Source of the DNA: Nemertoderma westbladi
Taxonomy: Eukaryota > Animalia > Xenacoelomorpha
Reading direction: 5' to 3'
NCBI GenBank assembly: GCA_032718475.1
Contig: JAUCBJ010002429.1
Span: 62,001 to 126,000 of the forward strand
Length of the DNA: 64,000 nt
Positions 13,329-23,500 of the stretch are shown in pieces. A model generated the notes under the pieces. That model saw nothing but the letters and a program-made list of their open reading frames with translations. It ran no database searches and had not been told where the DNA came from. The position numbers were made by a program, and so were the translations under genes. The number at the start of each line of letters is the position of its first letter. Position 1 is the stretch's first letter.

Positions 13329-14468
13329 CGTAATTAACCGGTTATTTTCCCTTAAAGTACTCTGTAGTTGGTTTACCAGGCATAAAAAGGCCGTGTCCTT
13401 ACTGTACTGGTGTTTTAGAGGACATAAAAGTCATTTCTTCTGTATTTGTACTTTAGAGGACATAATCCGCAATCTCGTGACGCGATAAGCTAGATACTCT
13501 TGAAAACAGTGTCGCTACCATGACGACGGCTAACAGCTGATATTGCCACGTCGACATTTCTTTGTTTCTTTGTTCTCTCGTTGTTCGGTTGACCAATCAG
13601 AGCGTTTTTTGACTCTGTGTTGGAGTTGGATACAGAAACTCAGTAGTTCAGTGTTATTTTTTTGCCCAGAGCCTAAGAACATCGGCTTTTGGCACCTCCG
13701 TGTTTCAGTCTTTAGTTTAACATTAGTAGGCTTAATTATACAACGTATATCTGTTAACAAATCATACCAAACTTATCTTACTCAACAAACCTAATCATAC
13801 CTTAACTTTACTGCTTTTACTGTCGGTTATTCATTATATTGGTTGATGAAATATTATATCGGAATACTGATCAATAGTCAGATACCCCACCTTCTTGATA
13901 TACTAAAGGTTAGAGAGACCGGTTACAGATAAACGATTGCGACCTATGTTAAGTGGTTTGAAGTGAATCTAATGCTATTTCATATGCCCGACATAAATTG
14001 TATGTTGCTCTCTTTATACGTGACCAAATTTAATGAAGGTCGGCAGATTAGTGTGCAGTATTGTGCAGCATTGTGTATGATTGTAACTGATAACAAAGCA
14101 TCTCCTAAAGAATGCGCCATATACGTGAATCTATAGCCTTTTCGTTGTGTCTAGTTTAAGTCATAACTCTGTTTACATATTTAGAGCGCCACGTCCTAAA
14201 GGAACTGTTAATATTTCCCGAAAGTGAATAATATTTGTCAGAGATTATATATTACGATCAGTCGAATAATACGGTAGGCTTACACCATCAATCATTAAGC
14301 TTCCGAATTCAGTCTCCCGGGTATATCCAGCGGGTGAATGATTGCGCATAGACTGGCTTCGGCTAATGTAGTGTATCAAATACTCGTCATAAGCTAAAGA
14401 ATATATATCATCTAAAAGACATCCTAATTTGGCAGGTTAAACTGTCAAAGGTCTTAAAAGCGCAAACA
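13329..14468 (+). repeat. 5' LTR of element A (first 14 bp missing)
   Basis: Matches 44589-45728 at offset 31260 with about 3 substitutions seen by eye; ends ...GCGCAAACA. Confidence 0.95.
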
Positions 14469-14645
14469 ATAACAGATATTTGGTTCTGATTGCGGTGTAG
14501 GCAATAAATACAGTTTAATATTGTTTTGGTAAAAACAATAACAGATATTTAGTTCTGATTGCGGTGTAGGCAATAAATACAGTTTAATATTGTTTTGGTA
14601 AAAACAATAACAGATATTGCTTCTGGATTGCGGTGTAAGCAATCT
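14464..14645 (+). repeat. Three ~70-bp tandem copies of the LTR-end/PBS segment of A
   Basis: AAACAATAACAGATATT(tgg/tag/gct)TTCTG..ATTGCGGTGTA repeated three times. Confidence 0.85.
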
Positions 14646-14885
14646 AGTCGAAAGTACCGGTCGACCGGTAACCAGTAGGCCTGACAGCCTGATCATCCGG
14701 ACCGGTACCTACAGTAGTACAGGTACAGCAGTATTATTCGATTGTGGTATTGTATACCGGTAGGCTGTTTAAGAGATTAGGGACTGTACACCCCTTGTTT
14801 CTTTTGGAGCTTACTTATTTCTGTCAGTTTTATTTATTTGTAGGCCAGTATTGAGCAGAAGGCATGTAAGCCTGCTCAGATTGTA

Positions 14886-15463
14886 CAGATAATTTGTAGG
14901 CTTGACTGTTGTCTAACTGTTGTTAAGTCTGAACGGATTGCAGTGTGTGTAGAGCATCTGTCCGATGAAGTGCTAGTTAGGAAAGTAGGGGCTTCAAGTG
15001 CTGTGAGGTAAACCCCCTGTGAAAGAATAAGTCGTACTACTGGGTTAGAACGCATACTAACTAATCATTTCGGAGTCTGCATATACTGTAGTGTATTTAG
15101 GCTTGATAGTAGTCTGCCATCGTTTGGTCTGTACTTTGTTTGTGTAGTCTGTACGGGTAGCGTATAATTTTATTTAGATAATTTGTAGGCTGGATAGTTG
15201 TCTGGCTGTTGTTGGGTTTGAGGAAATTTCGGTGTGTGTAGAGCATCTGTAGATAAAGTGCTAAGTTAGGAAAGTAGGGGCTTCAAGTGCTGTGAGGTAA
15301 ACCCCCTGTGAAAGAATAAGTCGTACTACTGGGTTAGAACGCATACTAACTAATCATTTCGGAGTCTGCATATACCGTAGTTTGTTTAGGCTTGATAGTA
15401 GTCTGTCAGTATTTGGTCTGCATTTTGTTTGAGTAGTTTGTACGCGTAGCGTAATATTTATTA
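14886..15463 (+). repeat. ~290-bp tandem duplication in the 5' leader of A
   Basis: AGATAATTTGTAGGCT...GTAGCGTA occurs twice; central ~110 bp identical. Confidence 0.9.
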
Positions 15464-16044
15464 TTCAGAGTTTATGCTATTATTCGCAACATTCATATCC
15501 CCAAGTTTATTCCTACAGTAATTGTGTTTGTTATACATACCGTTATAGTTAAACTAACCCCGGTACTACATCAGGGCTGCTCGGCGTAGGTAAAGACTGG
15601 TGATTTTGTGCACTGGTCACTCCAGCAGATGCCGTGGTTCTTTTAGCTGTTCAAGTATTTTTAACTACTGATTATTTGTTATACAAGTACTTGTACCTGA
15701 TTTAGGGTTTAGTGTACAGTGCTTTCCGAAGGTGATTAGTGTGTAGGCAGTATATTTGTGTTGTAAAGTGGTTAATAGGCACGTTGGTTCTGGTAGACCG
15801 CGGTAATTAATCTCTGGGTAGGAACACTCCGTGATACATAACGTAGTACCTATAGCGATACGGTTATAGGTCGTCAGGCGGTGGTATTTTCCTATCTGGA
15901 CAACGCAGTATATTTACTACTACTTATTATTTTCAAAAACCGTAGTAACCTGTCCGTTGTAATAACCAGATATTCTAACCCTTTGTTAGGCTGGTTAGTA
16001 GACTTATTGTAAAATTACCCTAAAAATTTGTATTTGTGTATTTG

Positions 16045-16582
16045 TGTGACGGGATCCAAGAGGGATCCCGATTTATCCGGTTGTGGTAATTTAGTCCACG
16101 CGTCCCCGCCGTGTATAAGGATGAAATAAAGTGACTGAGTTCTGAAGTTCGGTGTATAATAGGAGGTTATAAGATATAGATATGTTGTGAATGTGTACAA
16201 GGCGGGATACGGTAACTAAAGTCCCGTGATCCCCTAACTAAACTAATTGGCTGTACCCTACGCTAGCACTGCTGCACTGGTATAACTGAATCACTGATTA
16301 ATAGGTTATTGGTTATATTGCACGGTGGCCTTACTGCTACTCAATCGATGCCATTCCCCCCTCTGATTGGTTAATACCCTTGTTGGCGCCCCGTGGAGTA
16401 TTCCCGTTCACTCCACCTGTTCTCCTTGGGTTAGGGGTTTGGCCCCTGACCCTCTATTGTGTGCTTCCTTCCCATTCTTATTGGGATGGCGCGAGTTGGT
16501 TAATTACCCAATCTCGCGGCTCCCAATATTGCTTATCGGCTAATAACTTTATGGGGTGTTGGCGGGATTGAATAAGCTAACA
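16045..16582 (-). repeat. 3' LTR of element B
   Basis: Direct repeat of 29186-29723. Confidence 0.97.
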
Positions 16583-17240
16583 CTCCCCCCCATGCTATCT
16601 TCCCGGTAAGAAGATAGCATCAACCAAAAAAGTGCGCTACAATCCCGCTGGATCCCGATCTAGCATCGGGTGTGGGGTGGAATTCTTTTCTCTCGGAGCC
16701 GGCTTTCCAGGCCGCCCCCTATGGGTATGATAACGCTACCCTTTACGCCTGGCGTCTCATGTCGGGCCGATCGCGCTCACCTCTTCACGCGATTTTTGTT
16801 TCCCCAACACTTACGCCCTATCTAGCCTTCACTCTCACCCTAACTCTCTCATACCCCCGGACCTCCTCGTCCCTTACTCAGCCTCTCATTCTCCCCCCCC
16901 CCACACTAGAATTGCGCTCGCACTCTCTCCGCACTTCACACTCTTATTCCGATTCTCAAGTCCACTTTGACTGTTTTTATCTCTCCTGACGAACCTCCCC
17001 CCCCTCTCGTGCCGCCGCACTCAAGAAGTGTGAAATTTTAATAAATAATCTAACAATAAGCTAACACTCCCCCCCATGCTATCTTCCCGGTAAGAAGATA
17101 GCATCAACCAAAAAAGTGCGCTACAATCCCGCTGGATCCCGATCTAGCATCGGGTGTGGGGTGGAATTCTTTTCTCTCGGAGCCGGCTTTCCAGGCCGCC
17201 CCCTATGGGTATGATATCGCTACCCTGTGTGCCTGGCGTT

Positions 17241-19094
17241 TCATGTCGGGCCGATCGCGCTCACCTCGTCCTTCGTCCCAAGCGATCTCCGCGGTCTATG
17301 GAGTCGCTGGTAGGCGAACTTCTCTACGTTGCTCTCCCTGTTTACGTCGATCTCTCCGCCCCTCTCGGGCATCGTCTCCCCGAATACTATCCGTGGTGCC
17401 GTCCCCGGTTGCTCGCCCAACCTGATGGTGCTCCCCGCGAAATCCATCGCCGGCTCCTCGTGCACCCAGGTCCGCTTGCCGGATCTGTTCCAGAAGGCCC
17501 TCGCCCCACTGGCCGTCACCACCCTTCCGCCAACCCAGTCCGTGTCCGAGTGGCCTATCCTTTCGATGGGCGGCATCTCTCCGAACTCGTCGTCGTCGTC
17601 CTCCTCTTCTGGTAGTGTCTCCAACCCCGGTATCCCGATGGATCCACTATGTCCCTTTCCGCCTTGGCTCTCGCCCGTAGCTCTCCATCCCTCTAGCTCC
17701 CTTAACTTCCTTGGCGGTTGGTCGCCCTCGGCGCCCGCTGGTATGGGCATCGTTTGCAACCCCGACGTCGACTGTTTCGGCGATCCCACCGTCCATCCCA
17801 ATTCTCGCCCTAGAGACTCCCCCGAACTCCCCGACGAAGTCCAATGAAGTTCGTCTAGGCCCGCCTGTTCCTCAAAGCCGTAACTCTGTGCCCTGGCCTC
17901 CTCTTCCCTCTCCTCTGCTTCTATCCTCTCCCGTCTAGCGACTTCTTCCAGTCGCTTTGCTTCCCGTCTATCCATCTCTAGCTGCTCCCATCTCTGATAC
18001 GGTGTATCTGTCTCCCCATCTACCAGATGTCGGCTGTTGTAGTACACCGACTCGCCCTTCAGCCCCGGGTGGTCTACCAGACCGTCAAAGGCCGTCTTAA
18101 AGGCTCTCCTGTAGCTTAGGGGTGATCCCGATAACAGAAATGCCCCTGGTTCTCTTTCGATAACTACGGTCATGAATAAGTTAAGTAAACTTATCATCAT
18201 CCAGTCCTCCTGCAGGATATATCGCTTCTGATATACCTTTATCGCTCCTCTGCGAAACTGATATACCTCCTGCTTTCCCGGTCTCGCTCCCCACTTCAGC
18301 GAGTTCGCTAGTTCTGCTCCGTATTCTTCCCTAAACTTCCCCCAATCCATTGGCTTGTGGCATACGAGCCCCAATAATTGGCCCATCGCCACCGCCCCGC
18401 ATTGGCCTAAGTTCTCGACCACCCCCAATCCATCTGGTGCCGTCATAGCCATAAAGACTTTCTGCATATCCAGGAGGTTGGTGGCGTCCGGACCGATGAT
18501 CCTCTCCGCGTCCTCGCGAATCGCCGATCCCACTTTCGTCGTCGACTTCTCTCTTACTAAGACCTGTACCGCTTTCGGCAGTCGGTCTAATTTCGGCCCG
18601 TCCTTCTTCCCATACGTCCCTAAGTCGAATAAGAAGATGTCCCCATTTGGCGCTGCCAAATGTAAGAGTATGGTCCTGGCCGACCCTGCCGTTCCTCGTC
18701 TCGAACCCGCTTCGTCTTCCACGGTTCCCTCGTCATCTAGGATCATATATCCTCCTCTGTTGACGGACTCTATGAATCTTTTCCAGTCCTTCCTCGGCGA
18801 TTCCCTCGGATACTTCGGAATCCCGAACTTCGCCTCGTCTCCTTTCACTACGTAGTGGAAGTGTTGGAAGATCGCGTTGTCCAGCGACGGCGTCCCGTAG
18901 GTCCCGACCAACCGCTGTTCGTGCGCTTCCCGGAAGTGATCCTGCAGCGCTCGTGCCGCGTGACCCCTTTCCAACCTCTCGTAGTATCCTCTCGTCTTCT
19001 CCTCCGGGTGTCTTTCGGTGAAATCCACCAATATTTCTTTTCCTCCTGACTCCGCCTTTCTCTTCCTGATCAGCTTACTCGCCATTCCGAACAC
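17241..19094 (-). CDS. ORF3 of B: DEDDy-fold (WRN/EXD2/RNase D-like) 3'-5' exonuclease with acidic low-complexity tail, 617 aa
   Basis: ExoI YMILDDEG; ILLHLAAPNGDIFLFDL; LPKAVQVLVREKSTTKVGSAIRED (ExoII); NLLDMQ; YQKRYILQED (ExoIII). First ATG likely gives MASKL (~19085). Confidence 0.8.
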   Translation of the reverse strand: MFGMASKLIRKRKAESGGKEILVDFTERHPEEKTRGYYERLERGHAARALQDHFREAHEQRLVGTYGTPSLDNAIFQHFHYVVKGDEAKFGIPKYPRESPRKDWKRFIESVNRGGYMILDDEGTVEDEAGSRRGTAGSARTILLHLAAPNGDIFLFDLGTYGKKDGPKLDRLPKAVQVLVREKSTTKVGSAIREDAERIIGPDATNLLDMQKVFMAMTAPDGLGVVENLGQCGAVAMGQLLGLVCHKPMDWGKFREEYGAELANSLKWGARPGKQEVYQFRRGAIKVYQKRYILQEDWMMISLLNLFMTVVIEREPGAFLLSGSPLSYRRAFKTAFDGLVDHPGLKGESVYYNSRHLVDGETDTPYQRWEQLEMDRREAKRLEEVARRERIEAEEREEEARAQSYGFEEQAGLDELHWTSSGSSGESLGRELGWTVGSPKQSTSGLQTMPIPAGAEGDQPPRKLRELEGWRATGESQGGKGHSGSIGIPGLETLPEEEDDDDEFGEMPPIERIGHSDTDWVGGRVVTASGARAFWNRSGKRTWVHEEPAMDFAGSTIRLGEQPGTAPRIVFGETMPERGGEIDVNRESNVEKFAYQRLHRPRRSLGTKDEVSAIGPT

Positions 19095-19589
19095 TACACT
19101 CGCTCACCTGCAGGGTGGTGCCTTACCAAGGCGCAATACAGATGAGTGATGTATTGAGATGTTTCCTACAGTTCGATAATGGCCTACTTTTCTACTTAAC
19201 TGCGCCTTTCAAGCTTAATTTAATCTAATTAATTTCGGAGCTAGTAAATCAACCTAATTTACGATTTCCGTCCGTTACTTTTATTATGTTCTAGAACGAC
19301 TTTCCTTGTGTTACCACTATTTTCGATTTTTTTTTAGCCCTATTCTATTTACTTATTTATTTTGCTTTGATTCTACTGTCCTACTACTTACTACTGCCTA
19401 TGGATTTATTCTATTCTCTGATCCATATTCTGGCCTACTCAGTGGGCCTATGCAGTACAGCAGTATGTGTCGTGTGGCCACACGATTTATCCAGCTGCAC
19501 TCATATGCCCCCCTCTCACTACTAACTTTACTTACTGCTATCTAATATCTATATCTTATTTTTACCCCTTTTACCTCTTGCTCTCTCTC

Positions 19590-20461
19590 TCTAACTAATG
19601 GTACTACATACCCTCTAACTCTAACTCTGACTAGGTACCACGTACCTACTAACTCTAACTCTATCGGTACTACCTACCCTCTAACTCTAACTCTAACTAG
19701 GCATTACGCACCCTCTAACTCTAACTCTAACTAGGTACTACGTACCTACTAACTCTAACTCTAACTAGGTACTACGTACCTACTAACTCTAACTCTAACT
19801 AGGTACTACGTACCTACTAACTCTAACTCTATCGGTACTACCTACCCTCTAACTCTAACTCTAACTAGGCATTACGCACCCTCTAACTCTAACTAGGTAC
19901 TACGTACCTACTAACTCTAACTCTAACTAGGTACTACGTACCTACTAACTCTAACTCTAACTAGGTACTACGTACCTACTAACTCTAACTCTATCGGTAC
20001 TACCTACCCTCTGACTCTAGCTCTAACTAGGCATTACGTACCCTCTAACTCTAACTAGGTACTACGTACCTACTAACTCTAACTCTAGGTACTACGTACC
20101 TACTAACTCTAACTCTAACTAGGTACTACGTACCTACTAACTCTAACTCTATCGGTACTACCTACCCTCTGACTCTAGCTCTAACTAGGCATTACGTACC
20201 CTCTAACTCTAACTAGGTACTACGTACCTACTAACTCTAACTCTAGGTACTACGTACCTACTAACTAACTCTAGGTACTACGTACCTACTAACTAACTAA
20301 CTCTAGGTACTACGTACCTACTAACTAACTAACTCTAGGTACTACGTACCTACTAACTAACTAACTCTAGGTACTACGTACCTACTAACTAACTAACTCT
20401 AGGTACTACGTACCTACTAACTAACTAACTCTAGGTACTACGTACCTACTAACTAACTAAC
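19590..20461. repeat. Tandem hairpin array between pol and ORF3 of B
   Basis: Roughly 18 copies of TAGGTAC-TAC-GTACCTA plus variants, separated by (CTAACT)n or (CTAA)n. Confidence 0.92.
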
Positions 20462-20573
20462 TTTTATTTATTTTATTTTTATTTTATTTATTTGTGTGGG
20501 AAGGGCGTCTCGCCCTCAATCCCACCCCCCTCAGTCCAAAACTTGGACGACTAAACTTCACACTAACTCTAAT

Positions 20574-23500
20574 TTAAGGTGCCCCTTCTAGAAGACAGCA
20601 TTTACCTACTGCTCTCCTGTAGGTTTTTCTGTCTTTCGCACCTATCTTTCCACCTATCCGCACTTCTACCGAACGGACTCTTCCGTCCTCATCTGAGTAG
20701 GTGCCTACAACTCTCGCCAACCGCCATTGGTTGTTGATGATAGTATCATCCGTGACGATTACGAGATCTCCCTCTCTCAACTCCCTGTTTGGCTTCCTCC
20801 ACTTGCTTCGCTTATGGAGCGTTGGTAGGTATTCTTCTACCCACCTCCTCCAATACTCTGCGCTAATTGCTTTAGCTACTTTCCAACTTTGGCGGGAGTG
20901 TATATCATCTGGGTCTACACCCCGCATATCTATGGTCGCTGGCCTTTCCATCAGGAAATGGCTAGGCGTCAACACGTCTAATGACTCAGGGTCATCATTC
21001 TCCGGGTATAGCGGTCTGCTATTAATGATCCCCTCGCACTTTGCAAGTACCGTCCGTAAGACGTCTTCAGTGACCATGTGGGTGTTCATCAGCTTCGTCA
21101 TTAGACGTTTCGAACTGCCCACCAGTCTTTCGACGCATCCTAGTGTATGTGGTGCGTACGGCGTCCGTCTCTCCCACTTCACTTGTCGTCTTCTCATGGC
21201 CGCCCTGACTTCTTCTCCCTCCAAGATGTCTAAGGCCTCTGCCATCTCACTCTCTGCGCCCACAAAGTTGGTGCCGTTGTCGCTGTATATCACTGCGATC
21301 GTCCCACCTTTGCGGTCCCTAAACCTTTCTAAGGCGTTAATGAAGGCTGATGCGGTTGCATCTTGGGCGAGTTCTATCCCTACCGCCCGCGTATTGTTGC
21401 ATACGAAGATAATACCGTAGCGTTTCTCCGTGTGTCGCATCACCTTGATCTTTATCGGCCCGAACATGTCCACACCGCAATGCGTAAATGGCGGGTCGTG
21501 CTGTCTTACCCTACTCGCCGGTAGTGGCGCCATCTCCTGTACGGCTCGCTCCTTCTTCGCTCGTCGGCAGGTCTGACACTGTCCCACTACCGCTTTCACC
21601 TTCTTCCTTAATTGTTTGACCCAATAGGTCCTCCTTATCTCTGTGAGGGTTCGGTTGGTGCCCCCATGCAGTATCGATTTGTGGGAGTCCCATATGATCT
21701 GGTGGACTATAGGCGATCCTGTGGGAATGATGATGGGTTTCGGTGGCACGACTATACTGTTGTTATATCCCACCCTAGAATTCATTACTAGGATCCCATC
21801 CTCGTTGAGTTGTGGCGACAGCGTGATCAACTCGCTATCCCGTCGGAGGTGCTGTTGGTTACCGACACGTTCCACCTCGTCGCCGTAGTTCTTGCGTTGT
21901 TCATAGCGGATCACTGCCTTGGCCGCTCCTTCCAGATCTATGGTTGTCCTGGTCTTCTTGTCCTTGCCGACTCCCGCAAGGAAATTCCCAAAGGCTCTCC
22001 AGTACGCCACTAGTTTCTTGGTCTTATACCAACTAGAACTGTAGCTGAGGAGTTTATCCGTCGGGTTATCGCACAGTTCCCTTCCTGGTTGCACGTCCCT
22101 GATCTCCCTCACCATCTGGGAGTATATCTCTTCTCCCTCTGAATCTCCCTCTTCTCCTTCTGATACTACTTCCGAGCCCGGGTCCACCTTCCTCATCGGC
22201 GGCCAGGCCTCCCTATCGCTCAGAAATTGTGGCCCGTGTTGCCACAATGCTTCTTTCTTTAAGAAAGTGTGGCGTTCCACGCCCCTCGACAGCAAGTCCG
22301 CTGGGTTCTCGTCTGTTGGGCAGTAGTGCCACCTTTCCAGTTCTGTGCTCGCCCTTATTTCGTCCACTCTATTCGCGACGAATATCGGGTACCTCGTCTT
22401 TTCGTTGTGTAGCCAACCAAGCACTACCATGGAGTCCGTCCAGTAGTGTGTCTCCACTATGTTGGGAATTGTATCCACTAGGTAGGCTGTGGCTCTAACT
22501 CCTAGTCTCGCGGCTGTCAATTCTAACTTGGGAACAGATGCTGAATCTGGCGGCGTTGACTTAGCTTTGCTAAAGGCTAGTCTGGGCTTGTGAGGCCCCT
22601 CTCGTTGTACTAAATAGAGTGCCGCTCCGTATGCCTCTAACGACGCGTCGGAGAACATATGTAGGTCCAGATTCGTCATGTTCCCGTCCGGGAAATACAC
22701 TCGCGGCATGTTGTATGTTCCCATCCTCTCCAAGTCTCCTGTCCATTTGCTCCACTGTTTCTTGATGTCTTCTGGTACCTCTACGTCCCACTCATCCTTC
22801 AACTTATATACTCTCTTGAGTATCTGTTTCCCCGTGACTAGTAATGGGGATGCTAGGCCTAAGGGATCGTATATCCTTGCTATATACGATACGTAACCCC
22901 TCTTCGTATGGGTGTCTGCGCCCTCCTGGCTCAGCTGATACTTCAGTTCGTCTGTTTTTCTATCCCACACGATTCCCAACGCCTTCTGCTGGGATTCCGT
23001 TCTCTTAATCGCCATGTCCTGTCCTTTGGCTGTTGTAGGGTTGTCCATGGTCGATTCTGGTTTCTTGTCTTCTATTTCCCTGATAAATTCTTCTGAACTG
23101 GATTGGAATTTGGTCAGGTTGAAGCCGGATCCTTTCAGGATGTCGCGAACCTCGCGCCCTGTTTCCAGTATCTCCTCAACCGTATTTCCAGACTCCATGC
23201 CGTCGTCTACGTAGAAACCGCGTCTGATCATGTCGACGGCCCTACTGCTATATCTATCTTCCTTGCCCTTTACCGTGTCTCTCACTGCCATAGTCGTCGT
23301 AAATGAGGACGACTTGGCCCCCATATTTTGTACTACCATCTTATACGCTGGTATTACCGGCGGTTCTTCTTCGCCGTTATACCATAAGAAGCGTTGACTG
23401 TCACTATCTTCTTCTGTTACTCGGACTTGGTTGAACATGCCTTCTATGTCACACGTGAAGGCGTGTTTCCCATTCCTAAATCTAAGTAGTACTTCTATGC

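Noticed and set aside
13216-13794. Short ORFs repeated at 13.2-13.8 kb and 44.5-45.1 kb (also 16.0-16.6 and 29.2-29.7 kb)
   Set aside because: Chance ORFs within LTRs, duplicated only because the LTRs are.
14481-14498. TGGTTCTGATTGCGG as a tRNA primer-binding site for A
   Set aside because: It lies 12 nt from the LTR end, has no T-loop complement, and TGG is not conserved in the two repeat copies; a tRNA search is still needed to exclude it fully.
19590-20461. CRISPR-like array (palindromic repeats with spacers)
   Set aside because: Spacers are simple CTAACT repeats rather than unique sequences, there are no cas genes, and the context is a eukaryotic retrotransposon.
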